A stretch of DNA of 64,000 nt from assembly GCA_037445735.1 (NCBI GenBank), contig JBBIJY010000004.1, positions 1-64,000 of the forward strand, in the 5' to 3' direction. Position 1 is the stretch's first letter. Every line of letters begins with the position of its first letter. This document shows, in pieces, positions 9,109 through 19,594 of the stretch. Under the pieces are notes generated by a model. It ran no database searches, was not told the origin of the DNA, and worked only from the letters and a program-made list of their open reading frames with translations. The position numbers were made by a program, and so were the translations under genes. The DNA is from Armatimonadota bacterium. Its GTDB lineage: Bacteria; Armatimonadota; Fimbriimonadia; Fimbriimonadales; GBS-DC.

Positions 9109-10196
9109 CCCTGCTGAAACGCCTCTATCAGCAGGCGTGCGAATGGTGGGACGAATACTACACCGACAACCCCATCGCATGGCGGCTGACAGGGCGCTAC
9201 AGCTCCCTGAACCGCGTCGGGACGCTGCCGCCTTCGGAGGAACTCCGCGAACTCATTCGTCGGCACGCAGAAAATAATCCTGAACTGGCTCAGCGCGTGC
9301 TGGAGGAGGTTCGGCAGCATCGGGCGGATCCTGCCAAACCCGTTCGTTTCTGGGGACGACACGACCGCCGCTGGATGATTACCCTCTGGTGCATCGCATT
9401 GCTGATTGCTGTCATCTGCTTCGCGCAGGGCTGGACTGGCTCCGCCCAGCAGGGATTGTTAGCCATCCCGCCCAAGCATATTGGTTCGTCAGCGATGGCA
9501 TTTGTTCTGTTTGGCTCAATTGCTGGCATTTATCTGGCAAACGCCGCTCCGCTTTATGCGCTCCTTGTTCGGGAGCATGCGGAAGGTACGGCGGTCTTTC
9601 TGTGGCTCACGCGCCTCACAGGGCAGCACCTGATTTACGGCGCGATAACCGCTTTATTCATGCGGCTGCAGGTGCGCGGCTATCTGGTGTATGTGGCGCC
9701 GTTTATGTGGGCGGTCGGCGCTCTGGCATGGGACAGCGGGTGGCGCGGCATCTGGTTCGCCGTGCAGGCAGGCTGGCTCGGATTGACCTCCTCCCTGTTC
9801 TGGCTGTTGCTGAATGTGTTTTTGGTGCCGAAACCGAGGGATGGGGCAGCAAGCCGTTGGTCAGAGTCCTCCGCATTAGGAGCAGCGAGTTTTCTCATCT
9901 TTATATTCGCTATATCATCTTCAATTTTCTTGATAAATCCATCTTTGCTTTCTTTATTCAAGCCAGTTAACACAGCCCCATTGTGGAGCTGGTTCCTGTT
10001 GCCAGTGTGGTGGATCAGTTTGGTGCCGCCTGTGGGATTAGCTTCGCTGCTGTTTGTTCGTCATCCGCTGTGGGGGATTATGCAGGGGCTGGTCTATCTG
10101 GGTCTGGCGGCGATGTTGCTGCCCCGTGCGATTCGGGTGGCGCGGGAGCGGTTGCGCCCGCAGGCGGAGGTGCAGCCTGACGAGGGAGACTGGTGA
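9105..10196 (+). CDS. Multi-pass membrane protein, ABC-2 permease-like
   Basis: REHAEGTAVFLWLTRLT resembles an ABC-2 permease motif; ATGA overlap with the upstream gene. Confidence 0.7.
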   Translation: MTLLKRLYQQACEWWDEYYTDNPIAWRLTGRYSSLNRVGTLPPSEELRELIRRHAENNPELAQRVLEEVRQHRADPAKPVRFWGRHDRRWMITLWCIALLIAVICFAQGWTGSAQQGLLAIPPKHIGSSAMAFVLFGSIAGIYLANAAPLYALLVREHAEGTAVFLWLTRLTGQHLIYGAITALFMRLQVRGYLVYVAPFMWAVGALAWDSGWRGIWFAVQAGWLGLTSSLFWLLLNVFLVPKPRDGAASRWSESSALGAASFLIFIFAISSSIFLINPSLLSLFKPVNTAPLWSWFLLPVWWISLVPPVGLASLLFVRHPLWGIMQGLVYLGLAAMLLPRAIRVARERLRPQAEVQPDEGDW

Positions 10197-11812
10197 TGTG
10201 GGACGAGGTGCGCGCGGTGTTCTGGCTGGAGTATCGGCGCCATTTGCGCTCGCGTCGGTTCTGGAGACACCTGCTGCTGATAGCAGGTTTGAGCCTTGGG
10301 CTGGCAGGTGGTGTGGGGATGTGGTTCAGCCAGAGTGAGATGGCGTCTGTTCTGGTGCAGGTGATGCCGATGACCAGCGTGGTGGTTATCGGCTTGCTGG
10401 GCAGTCTGGCGATGCTGGCGCCGGCGTTGATAGTACCCCACATCTTCAGCGACAGCCACAGGTCCCGCGAGCTGCCCGATATTTACCTGACCGCGCTGCA
10501 TCCGCTCTCAATAGTGCTGGGGCGCTGTCTGGCGGCGGGGGCGCAGATGGGTATCGTGCTGCTCACGCTCGCGCCAGCAGGCGTTCTCATCTGTCAGATA
10601 GCGGGCTTTGCTCCCAGCTACTGGCTGGCGGTGCTGGCAATGACATGGTTTTCGCTGCTGATTCTCGCGGGTCTCAGCGTGCTGGGGCTGGGCAAGCATT
10701 TTCCGGGCGACAGCGAGGGGCGGTTCACGGAGACCAGCCACAATCCCACAGGCTGGCTCTTCTATTTGCTGCCCGTGTCGTTGCTGGTCTTCACATGGAA
10801 CTCCCTTTTTGGCGTGGAGATTCATCTCCCGTTCTTACTGATTTCGCCCATCCTGATCCCGTACGAGATGCTGAACGCCTGCCGGATTGGGAGTCTGGAG
10901 CTGCCGCTCTGGTTGCTTGCGCTGCCTGTGCTGCTGGGTTTCGGGCTGCTAACGGTGGTGGCGTCGGCGCAGTGGCTGGGCTGGTGGTCAGATACAGCCT
11001 ATCGGTTTCAGCGCTGGGGCGGCACGGCATTCTTTCTGACAGTCTATGCGCTGCATCTGGGCATCTACGCGCAGAGCGGGGTGCGCTCGGCGGTGGAGGC
11101 GGAACGGATCGCCTTTATCGGGATGCTGCTGGGCGTGGCGGTGTATCTTATTTTATTTGTGCGCGTGCTGGGCTACTATGGGATTGGGGCGCGCCCGCGC
11201 CCGTTGCGCCATGCACTCCCCTATCCGCTGGGCGGCGTTGTGTGGGAGTGGGCGCTGGTGCTGGCAATCGCACTCATCGCGTGGCTAACTGTCGGCTGGG
11301 CATCGGGCTACTGGGTCGACCCGCGACGCTGGCTGATGTGGAGCCTCTGCCTGATGAGCCTGCTCTGGCTCATGCACGCCGTCAACGCACGATTTCTGAC
11401 CCTTCACTGGCTCAAGTTCAACCAGCCGTTTGAGGGGCGATACCTGAACCTGACAGAGGCACGGGTGGAGGTCGAAAGCACAGGAACGCAGATAGTGAGA
11501 TTAACCGCCGCGTCTCTAATCGGGCTGATACTTGTCTGCTTTGTGCTGAGTCGCGCGCCTGCATTTGAGATTTTCAGGGCTATCGGGCGCGTGTTGATGT
11601 GGCTGAACCCGGTGAATGGCTTAAGCGCGCCCGACCACAGCCTGTTGCATTATGCTCTTTATAGCCTCTACGCGCTGGGGCTGGCGCTGTTTTTCGCCTG
11701 GAGAGGCGTTCGTAAAGGGCGTGAGAAATTCGCTTTAGAGAGGCGCGCGCAGTCGGTGCTGGAGTCTATTGGGACGGCTCTGGAACAGCGGGAGCGGGTT
11801 CGCAATGAGTAA
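10193..11812 (+). CDS. Multi-pass membrane protein, ABC-2 permease-like
   Basis: SRELPDIYLTALHPLSIVLGR motif, more than 10 TM segments, coupled to the upstream gene. Confidence 0.75.
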   Translation: MMWDEVRAVFWLEYRRHLRSRRFWRHLLLIAGLSLGLAGGVGMWFSQSEMASVLVQVMPMTSVVVIGLLGSLAMLAPALIVPHIFSDSHRSRELPDIYLTALHPLSIVLGRCLAAGAQMGIVLLTLAPAGVLICQIAGFAPSYWLAVLAMTWFSLLILAGLSVLGLGKHFPGDSEGRFTETSHNPTGWLFYLLPVSLLVFTWNSLFGVEIHLPFLLISPILIPYEMLNACRIGSLELPLWLLALPVLLGFGLLTVVASAQWLGWWSDTAYRFQRWGGTAFFLTVYALHLGIYAQSGVRSAVEAERIAFIGMLLGVAVYLILFVRVLGYYGIGARPRPLRHALPYPLGGVVWEWALVLAIALIAWLTVGWASGYWVDPRRWLMWSLCLMSLLWLMHAVNARFLTLHWLKFNQPFEGRYLNLTEARVEVESTGTQIVRLTAASLIGLILVCFVLSRAPAFEIFRAIGRVLMWLNPVNGLSAPDHSLLHYALYSLYALGLALFFAWRGVRKGREKFALERRAQSVLESIGTALEQRERVRNE

Positions 11813-11838
11813 GCGTGCAGGGTGGGTATCCTAAAAGT

Positions 11839-12978
11839 ATGCGCTTTGAGACCATCGCTATTCGGGTGGGTCAGGAGCCGGACCCGACCACTGGCTCGGT
11901 GGTGGTGCCCATCTATGCGACCTCCACCTTTCGGCGTGCGAGCGTGGATCAGGAAGGGGGCTACGAGTATTCGCGCGTGTCGAACCCGACGCGGGCGGCT
12001 GCCGAGCAGTGCCTCGCCGCGCTGGAAGGCGGCAGGTACGGCTTGCTGTTCGCCTCCGGCATGGCAGCCGAGAGCGCCATCATCGGCTTGCTCAAGCCCG
12101 GCGAGCATGTGGTGTGCATTCGCGATGTGTACGGCGGCACGATGTCGCTGTTGCGACTGGCGCAGCAGCGCGGCATCCACTACACGCTGGTGGACGCCAC
12201 CCAGCCCGACGCGGTGGAGCGCGCCATCCGCCCCGAAACACGCCTGCTGTGGCTCGAATCGCCCACCAACCCGCTCACCTATGTGGTCGATCTGGAGCAG
12301 TTAGCCGCGCTGGGGCACGCCTGTGGGCTGCTCGTGGTGGTGGACAACACCTTCGCCACGCCCTATTTTCAGAACCCGCTCGCGCTCGGCGCCGATATCG
12401 TGGTGCATAGCGCGACCAAATATCTGGGCGGGCACAGCGACCTGATTGGCGGCGCGCTGGTGTATAATCGCGACGACCTGCACGAGCCGCTCTGGGATCA
12501 GCAGGCGGTGGGGGGCGGGATACTGTCGCCCTTCGATAGCTGGCTGCTGCTGCGCGGGCTGAAAACGCTGGCGGTACGCATGCGAGCGCATGAGGCGAAC
12601 GCGCTCGCCGTCGCCCGCTACCTGCAGGAACATCCGAAGGTGGAGCGCGTGCTATATCCCGGCTTGCCCGACCATCCGCACCATGCGCTGGCGAAACGCC
12701 AGATGCGCGGATTCGGTGGCATGCTCGCCGTCTATCTCAAGGGCGGGCGCGAGCAAGCCAGGCGATTCTGCGAATCGACGCGACTCTTCCTTCTGGCGAG
12801 CAGTCTGGGCGGCGTCGAATCGCTGATTGGCTATCCGCCCGTGATGTCGCACTCCAGCCTGACGCCCGAAGAGCGAGCCGCCTGCGGCATCACCGATAAC
12901 CTCGTGCGCCTCTCCGTCGGCATCGAGCATATTGATGACCTGCTGGATGATCTGGAGCAGGCGCTGGCGAAAGTGTAG
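11839..12978 (+). CDS. PLP-dependent cystathionine gamma-lyase/synthase (Cys/Met metabolism family)
   Basis: YEYSRVSNPT, FASGMAA, ESPTNP, VVDNTFATP, HSATKYLGGHSD, SLGGVESL. Confidence 0.93.
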   Translation: MRFETIAIRVGQEPDPTTGSVVVPIYATSTFRRASVDQEGGYEYSRVSNPTRAAAEQCLAALEGGRYGLLFASGMAAESAIIGLLKPGEHVVCIRDVYGGTMSLLRLAQQRGIHYTLVDATQPDAVERAIRPETRLLWLESPTNPLTYVVDLEQLAALGHACGLLVVVDNTFATPYFQNPLALGADIVVHSATKYLGGHSDLIGGALVYNRDDLHEPLWDQQAVGGGILSPFDSWLLLRGLKTLAVRMRAHEANALAVARYLQEHPKVERVLYPGLPDHPHHALAKRQMRGFGGMLAVYLKGGREQARRFCESTRLFLLASSLGGVESLIGYPPVMSHSSLTPEERAACGITDNLVRLSVGIEHIDDLLDDLEQALAKV

Positions 12979-12989
12979 CAGGGTGGCGC

Positions 12990-15005
12990 ATGGCACAGAG
13001 CGAGTGGCGTGTGGGCGTGGACACAGGTGGCACTTTCACCGACCTTGTGGCATGGTCGGGTCAGCAGCTGCTGTTGCTGAAGGTGCCCTCCACACCTGCG
13101 GCGCCGGAGCGGGCGGTTCTGCACGGGCTGGCGTGGCTCCAGCGCGAACTGGGTGCAGGGCGACCTGCGATGGTGTTGCACGGCACAACGGTCGGCACAA
13201 ATGCCATTCTGGAGCGCAGGGGCGCCCGTACCGCTTTTCTGACCACGCAGGGCTTCCGCGACCTGCTCCATCTGGCGCGTCAGACCCGTCGGGAGCTGTA
13301 TAGCCTCTGTCCGCAGCCGACGCCGTGTCTGGCGGAGCGCGCGCTCTGCGCCGAAGTGCCCGAACGCCTCGCCTCTAACGGTCTGGTTCTACAGCCGCTG
13401 GACACGAGCGAGTTGCCGCGTCTGATTCGCCGCTGGAAGCGGGCGGGTGTGGAGGCGGTCGCCGTGTGCCTGCTGTTTTCCTATGCGAACCCTGCGCACG
13501 AGCGGCGGCTGGGTGAGCTGCTGGCGCCCCATTTCGCCGTCGCGCTCTCCAGCGAGGTCGCGCCCGAGTTCCGTGAGTACGAACGCGCCAGCACCACCTT
13601 CCTGAACGCCTATCTCATGCCCGTGCTGACCCGCTATCTGAACGCGCTGCGCAGCCAGCTCCATGAGTCAGATGGGGAGCCATCGCCGACGCTGTTATTG
13701 AGCCATTCGAATGGGGGACTGATGGGCATCGCGCAGGCGTGTCGGCTGCCGATCAGCACGGTGCTGTCGGGTCCGGCGGCGGGCGTGATGGGCGCATGGG
13801 CAATCGGTCGGCAGAGCGGGCATCCGCGCCTGCTCACGCTCGATATGGGCGGCACCTCCACCGATGTCGCGCTGATTGAGCGTGAGCCGACGCGCGTCGG
13901 GCTATCGGAGATCGCGGGCATGCCGCTCCGCCTGCCCCAGCTGGAGATTCACACGATTGGCGCGGGCGGCGGCTCCATCGCCTATCTGGACGCGGCGGGC
14001 AGCCTGCGCGTCGGACCGCAGAGCGCGGGCGCCGATCCCGGTCCCGCCGCCTGCGGTAAGGGCGACCAGCCCACCGTCACCGACGCGCACCTCGTGCTGG
14101 GGCACCTGCTGCCCGAAACTTTCGGCTTCGGACAGATCGAGATTCAGCCCGATCGCGCCTGGCGTGCGCTGGAGCCGCTGGCGCGGGCGTTGCAACTGAG
14201 CGTGGAGGAGACGGCGGAGGCGGTTCTGGAGCAGACGCGCGCCCGCATGAGCAAAGCGTTGCGCACGGTCTCCGCCGCGCGCGGCTATGACCCCGCCGCC
14301 TTCACCCTGCTGGCGTTCGGGGGCGCAGGTCCCTTGCAGATATGTGCCCTGACACGGCTGATTGGAGGGCAACGCTGGCTCTTGCCACCCCATCCGGGCG
14401 TGCTGTCAGCATACGGACTGCTCTGGATGGATTGCGTGCATGAGGCGGTGCGCACGCTGCTGGCGCCGCTGGACGCCCTGCCCAATTTGCATTCGCTGAT
14501 GGACGCCCTGCGTCAGGAGTGCCTGCGCGCCCTGCAGGAAGCCGGCGCGTCGATGGACGAAGCGCAGCTCCACCTCTATGCCGACCTGCGCTATCGCGGG
14601 CAATCGTACGAAATCACCTTACCGTTTGACCCACTGCGCCCGCAGCAGGCAGCGAAGGCGTTTCACGCGCAGCATGAGCGTCAGTATGGCTTCGCGCTGA
14701 CCGAACGGGCGCTGGAGCTGGTGAATCTGCGCATGCGGGCAATCGCGCTTCAGCCGAAGCCTGTGGGTGGCGAGTGGCGCGTGGCGGAGGACGCATGGCA
14801 ACCGATGCGCGGGTTGCCGTCATCTGTGCGCCTCTATCTCTGTGGCGAATGGCGTGAGGTGCCCGTGATTCATCGCGCCGAACTGAGCGCGCGCCAGCGC
14901 GTGCCCGCGCCCGCGCTCATCCTCCAGCCCGACACCACCCTGCTGATTGAACCCGACTGGCAGGTATCGGTCGATTCACAGGGCAATCTGGTGGGTCAGC
15001 TGTGA
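12990..15005 (+). CDS. Hydantoinase/oxoprolinase A subunit family protein
   Basis: VDTGGTFTD, HGTTVGTNA, REYERAST, DMGGTSTD, IGAGGGS, SAGADPGPA. Confidence 0.93.
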   Translation: MAQSEWRVGVDTGGTFTDLVAWSGQQLLLLKVPSTPAAPERAVLHGLAWLQRELGAGRPAMVLHGTTVGTNAILERRGARTAFLTTQGFRDLLHLARQTRRELYSLCPQPTPCLAERALCAEVPERLASNGLVLQPLDTSELPRLIRRWKRAGVEAVAVCLLFSYANPAHERRLGELLAPHFAVALSSEVAPEFREYERASTTFLNAYLMPVLTRYLNALRSQLHESDGEPSPTLLLSHSNGGLMGIAQACRLPISTVLSGPAAGVMGAWAIGRQSGHPRLLTLDMGGTSTDVALIEREPTRVGLSEIAGMPLRLPQLEIHTIGAGGGSIAYLDAAGSLRVGPQSAGADPGPAACGKGDQPTVTDAHLVLGHLLPETFGFGQIEIQPDRAWRALEPLARALQLSVEETAEAVLEQTRARMSKALRTVSAARGYDPAAFTLLAFGGAGPLQICALTRLIGGQRWLLPPHPGVLSAYGLLWMDCVHEAVRTLLAPLDALPNLHSLMDALRQECLRALQEAGASMDEAQLHLYADLRYRGQSYEITLPFDPLRPQQAAKAFHAQHERQYGFALTERALELVNLRMRAIALQPKPVGGEWRVAEDAWQPMRGLPSSVRLYLCGEWREVPVIHRAELSARQRVPAPALILQPDTTLLIEPDWQVSVDSQGNLVGQL

Positions 15006-15074
15006 ACCCTTTGAGGGAAGCAGGTTGTGTCCAGGAAGCCAGGATTCGGGCACGGGTATACTTCTCACACAGCA

Positions 15075-16409
15075 ATGCAACTCCGATTCTTTGAGAAGGA
15101 TGACTCCGTGTGTTTGGAGAGAGCGCAGGCAGCTACCTGCACGCATCGCGACTCTCTCGAAAAACGCTTCGCACCCCTTATGCGCGAGGAGCCGCAGCTG
15201 GGGGAAATGGTTTCCTATTCAGGCAACAAAAAGGTTCCCCTGCTTCGGCTCTATCGCTATAAAGAAGCGTTCGCTTTCAGGTTTGTTGAGCAGTTCATCA
15301 ATCGCTTCGGCTTGACCGAAGAAGATTGCATCTTTGATCCGTTCTGTGGCATGGGCACCACCTTATTTGTGGCTGCATCCAGAGGTATACCAGCTGTGGG
15401 CATCGACAGATTACCCATCGCAGTGTTCGTTGCACAGACGCTCTTTCTGTTTCATCAGGTTCAGGAAGGGCAGCTTCGGGCAACTTTCGAGCATTTGCGA
15501 AGCAGGGTTCCAGCCGCTTCGCCTGCGCCTGTAGCCATGGATGTGGCGATTATGAAGATCGCCTTTCCGCCAGAGACACTTCTTGCCTTGCGAAAGTGGA
15601 AAACAGTCATAGACGAGTTAGATAATCCATTAAGAGATGTGTTTCGGCTACTGTTCTTCTCGATTCTGGAATCGTGCAGCTATACCTCAAAAGATGGTCA
15701 GTTTCTGCGCCTGCTTCGGCACAAGAGAGTGGCGAACCCGGAAGCAATGCTGGAGCGCAGGGTGCTTGAAGCAGAGCGCGACATCAAACTGGTTCGGGAA
15801 CTGCAGTGGTGGAGACGGCTTCGCATGCCAGCAGTCTATCTGGCGGATACTCGCAACCTCAGCGATGTACCGCTCGACCGCCCACCCACAGCCATCATCA
15901 CCTCGCCTCCGTATGTGAATCGCTACGATTATACTCGCTCCTATTCACTGGAGCTGTGTTTTCATTTTGTAAAAAATTTTGATGAGTTAAAAGCTCTGCG
16001 ATTGGGCATCCTGCGTTCCCATATTGAGTCGAGAGTTAGCTCTGATGAGAAGCCTCCTCATCCTGCGGTTCAGGAGGTTGTGGAGACGCTGCAGGCGAAG
16101 CGTAAGGTACTGAATAATCCGCGCATTCCTGCCATGCTAACGGGATATTTTGTGGATATGGAGCATGTGATACGCGAATGGGCGCGCGTGCTGGCACCCG
16201 GCGCAAGGGTTGCTATGGTAGTGGACAATGTGCGCTTTGAAGGCGAGCTGCTACCTGTTGATCTGGTGCTGTCTGAAATGGCGGAGGCAGCTGGATTTCA
16301 GGTGGAGCAGATCGTGGTCGCGCGATATAAAGGCAACAGCTCTCAGCAGATGGGTAAGTACGGGCGTGTCCCTGTGCGGGAAAGCGTGGTAATCTGGAGA
16401 AAACCATGA
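15075..16409 (+). CDS. Amino-type DNA methyltransferase (probably m4C) of a type II R-M system
   Basis: DPFCGMGTT SAM-binding motif then TSPPY catalytic motif; lower GC; start uncertain (ORF opens at 15027). Confidence 0.88.
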   Translation: MQLRFFEKDDSVCLERAQAATCTHRDSLEKRFAPLMREEPQLGEMVSYSGNKKVPLLRLYRYKEAFAFRFVEQFINRFGLTEEDCIFDPFCGMGTTLFVAASRGIPAVGIDRLPIAVFVAQTLFLFHQVQEGQLRATFEHLRSRVPAASPAPVAMDVAIMKIAFPPETLLALRKWKTVIDELDNPLRDVFRLLFFSILESCSYTSKDGQFLRLLRHKRVANPEAMLERRVLEAERDIKLVRELQWWRRLRMPAVYLADTRNLSDVPLDRPPTAIITSPPYVNRYDYTRSYSLELCFHFVKNFDELKALRLGILRSHIESRVSSDEKPPHPAVQEVVETLQAKRKVLNNPRIPAMLTGYFVDMEHVIREWARVLAPGARVAMVVDNVRFEGELLPVDLVLSEMAEAAGFQVEQIVVARYKGNSSQQMGKYGRVPVRESVVIWRKP

Positions 16410-17350
16410 GACGCAGACGCACCGATTCAGATACCAGATCGTGGACACTGGATCAGCTCGCCAAAAGCGAGTTCTTTCGTCAAAAAGTGCATGAGTGGGG
16501 ATTGCTGACCACTGCCAGCAAGATTGAGCAGGTTCGTGGTGAAGATCTGGACTGGAATCTGGAAACTTTGGGCATTACAGAGCGAGCGTGGAGCCGAATG
16601 ATTCATCGCGGCATTAAGCCAGTTGTCGTGTTTGCACATCCAGCAGTATTGATCACCATACCCGATGCTGTTGGGTACTATCGCATGCTGGCGATGGTGT
16701 CCCAGAAATCGATGAATCGCGTGGGATTACCTGTCCAGCGTTACGAGTTAGGTCGGGGCTACCCCGATGAAACAACTGCACTTTTGATTGCCCGGCACTT
16801 GAATCAGATAATTAGTCGTCTGGTTGAAATGGAGGAGCGTATCGATTCGCGCGGGCTCGATCTATGGCGCGGCATGGCTGCAGGCTCACAGGCACAGGGT
16901 TCATGGCAAAATGCGAAAGGAGATCAGGTTGAAGCGCTGGTCAAGAGTATTGTGCAAAAACGGTTGCATGAAAAACTGCTTGTACCCGAAGAGACCAGCC
17001 CTGCTGTTCGAATGAGCCTCATAGACGGGCGCGTAATGGCTTTTGGGGACGAGCCGGATGTCGCCATCTATCGTGCCAATCGAATCGAGGCTGCGATGGA
17101 GATCAAAGGTGGGATAGACCCGGCAGGAGTTCTGGAGCGATTGGGCGCCGCCATCAAAAGTCTGCGCCGGGTTAAGGAGGCAAATCCGAACGCAGTCACT
17201 ATTTTGCTGGTTCGGCAGGTGTCGCTGACCGAGCGTGCTAAACAGGACCTGGAGATGCACCGTGATACAGTGAACCGCTGGTTCGCAATAGAAGATTTCG
17301 TGGATAGCGAGCCAGTTCGCGAGGAGATATTTACGCTTCTGGGAATCTGA
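16406..17350 (+). CDS. Type II restriction endonuclease, XcyI-like
   Basis: GSWQNAKG and EPDVAI..MEIKGGIDPAG PD-(D/E)xK motif; ATGA-coupled to the methyltransferase. Confidence 0.75.
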   Translation: MRRRRTDSDTRSWTLDQLAKSEFFRQKVHEWGLLTTASKIEQVRGEDLDWNLETLGITERAWSRMIHRGIKPVVVFAHPAVLITIPDAVGYYRMLAMVSQKSMNRVGLPVQRYELGRGYPDETTALLIARHLNQIISRLVEMEERIDSRGLDLWRGMAAGSQAQGSWQNAKGDQVEALVKSIVQKRLHEKLLVPEETSPAVRMSLIDGRVMAFGDEPDVAIYRANRIEAAMEIKGGIDPAGVLERLGAAIKSLRRVKEANPNAVTILLVRQVSLTERAKQDLEMHRDTVNRWFAIEDFVDSEPVREEIFTLLGI

Positions 17351-17397
17351 CGCTGTTCTGGATAGGGTGAGGGGCTGAGATTGGGTATCCTCTTAAT

Positions 17398-18954
17398 ATG
17401 GAGCGGGCGTTGGCTGCAGGCGGTCCGCATGAGCAGGTGGTGGTGCTGGACTTCGGCGGTCAGTACACCCAGCTGATTGCGCGGCGCGTGCGCGAGTGTC
17501 AGGTCTTCTGCGAGATTCTGCCCTACAGTACCTCCATCGAGTCCCTTTGTGCGCGTGCGCCGAAGGGCATGATTCTTTCGGGCGGTCCTGCCAGCGTGTA
17601 TGAGCGGGACGCGCCGCGCGTGCCGCCTGCGCTGTTTGAACTGGGCATTCCCGTGCTGGGCATCTGCTACGGGCATCAGCTGATGGCGCAGCTGCTGGGC
17701 GGCGTGGTTCAGCCCGCTGCTCAGCGCGAGTACGGGCGAACACCGCTGCGCGTGCTGCACGCCGAGCCGCTCTTTGAAGGGCTGGAACCCGACCTCATCT
17801 GCTGGATGAGCCACGGCGACCAGGTGGTTCAGCCGCCGCCTGGCTTCACCCTGCTGGCGACCACCGGGAACACGCCCGTCGCCGCGATGGGCGACCTGCA
17901 GCGCCACCTGTACGGCGTGCAGTTCCATCCCGAAGTGAGCCATACGCCGTTCGGCAAGCAGCTGTTGCGCAACTTCCTGTTCGGCGTGTGTGGCTGCCGC
18001 GGCGACTGGACGCCCGTGAGTTTTATCGACGAATCGATTCAGGCGATTCGGGAGCGGGTGGGCAACGCGCGCGTGCTGTGCGCTATCAGTGGCGGCGTCG
18101 ACTCCTGCACCGTAGCCGCGCTGATCCAGCGAGCGGTTGGTGAACAGCTCACGGGCATCTTCGTCGATCACGGGCTGTTGCGCAAGGGTGAAGCCGACGA
18201 GGTGCGCGAGCTGTTCACCCGCCACTTCCCGACGCGCCTCATCTTCGTGGACGTCCGCGAGCGGTTCCTGCAACGGCTGCGCGGCATCACCGACCCCGAA
18301 GAGAAACGCAAAGTGATTGGCGAGGAGTTCGTGCGCGTGTTCGAAGAGCATGCCGATGCGATGGGCGACTGCCGATTTCTGGCGCAGGGCACGCTCTATC
18401 CCGATGTGATCGAAAGCGGCACGCCCATCGCCGCCAAAATCAAGACCCACCACAATGTGGGCGGGTTGCCGCCCGGGATGCGTCTGGAGGTGCTGGAGCC
18501 ATTGCGCTATCTGTTCAAGGATGAGGTGCGGGCAGTGGCGCAGGCGCTCGGCTTGCCCGAAAGCATCGTGTGGCGCCAGCCCTTCCCCGGACCAGGGCTT
18601 GCAGTGCGCGTGATCGGCGAGATCACCCCGGAACGGCTCCAGCAGGTGCGCGAAGCCGACGCGATTCTGAACGAGGAGCTGACCCGCGCAGGCTGGCATC
18701 GGCAGGTGTGGCAGGCGTTCGCCGTGCTGCCCGCTATCCGCAGCGTCGGCGTGATGGGCGATCAGCGCACCTATCACCATCCGATTGTGCTGCGCGTGGT
18801 GCTCAGCGAGGACGCGATGACCGCTGAACCCGCTGAGCTGCCATGGTCGCTCCTGCGCCGTATCGCGGACCGAATCGTGAACGAGGTGCCGGGCATCAAC
18901 CGCGTGCTGTATGATTTGAGTTCCAAGCCGCCCGCGACCATCGAGTGGGAGTAG
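17398..18954 (+). CDS. guaA: GMP synthase (glutamine-hydrolyzing)
   Basis: [63 protein letters not shown]. Confidence 0.98.
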   Translation: MERALAAGGPHEQVVVLDFGGQYTQLIARRVRECQVFCEILPYSTSIESLCARAPKGMILSGGPASVYERDAPRVPPALFELGIPVLGICYGHQLMAQLLGGVVQPAAQREYGRTPLRVLHAEPLFEGLEPDLICWMSHGDQVVQPPPGFTLLATTGNTPVAAMGDLQRHLYGVQFHPEVSHTPFGKQLLRNFLFGVCGCRGDWTPVSFIDESIQAIRERVGNARVLCAISGGVDSCTVAALIQRAVGEQLTGIFVDHGLLRKGEADEVRELFTRHFPTRLIFVDVRERFLQRLRGITDPEEKRKVIGEEFVRVFEEHADAMGDCRFLAQGTLYPDVIESGTPIAAKIKTHHNVGGLPPGMRLEVLEPLRYLFKDEVRAVAQALGLPESIVWRQPFPGPGLAVRVIGEITPERLQQVREADAILNEELTRAGWHRQVWQAFAVLPAIRSVGVMGDQRTYHHPIVLRVVLSEDAMTAEPAELPWSLLRRIADRIVNEVPGINRVLYDLSSKPPATIEWE

Positions 18955-18964
18955 GAGGTTGCCT

Positions 18965-19594
18965 ATGTCGGTTCAGACGATGGCTGTGCCCTGTTCACTG
19001 GAGGCGACGGAGCAGTCCCTGTGGCAGGCGCGTTTTCCAGAGGTGCAGGTGCTGATCGACGCGCCGACCCTGCAGGCGCGCGTGCGCGAGCTGGGCGAGC
19101 AGATTGCCCGCGATTACGACCCGCGGGTGCTGCAACCGCCCAGCAGCGAGCCGCTGCTGCTGGTGGGCGTGCTGAAAGGCTCGCTGGTGTTCCTCGCTGA
19201 CCTGATGCGCTATATCCCGATCCCCGTCTCGTACGATTTCGTTGCCATCTCCAGCTACGGGGCGGAGACGCGCACCTCTGGAGTTGTGCGCCTGCTGAAG
19301 GACCTCGACACCAGCATCGGCGGTCGCCATGTGCTGGTGGTGGAAGACATTCTGGACACGGGGCTGACACTCTCGTACCTGCTGGAGCTGCTGCGCACAC
19401 GCGCGCCCGCGAGCCTGCGCGTCTGCACCCTGTTGCGCAAGCCCACTCGCCAGAAGGTCGCCGTGCCCGTCGACTACTGCGGGTTCGATATCCCCGACCA
19501 GTTCGTCGTGGGCTACGGGCTGGATTACGCCGAGCGATACCGCAACCTGCCCTTTATCGGCGTGTTGCGGGATATTGAAGTGGCGACGAAGTAG
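18965..19594 (+). CDS. hpt: Hypoxanthine phosphoribosyltransferase
   Basis: VLKGS, VLVVEDILDTGLTL, FVVGYGLDYAERYRNLP. Confidence 0.96.
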   Translation: MSVQTMAVPCSLEATEQSLWQARFPEVQVLIDAPTLQARVRELGEQIARDYDPRVLQPPSSEPLLLVGVLKGSLVFLADLMRYIPIPVSYDFVAISSYGAETRTSGVVRLLKDLDTSIGGRHVLVVEDILDTGLTLSYLLELLRTRAPASLRVCTLLRKPTRQKVAVPVDYCGFDIPDQFVVGYGLDYAERYRNLPFIGVLRDIEVATK

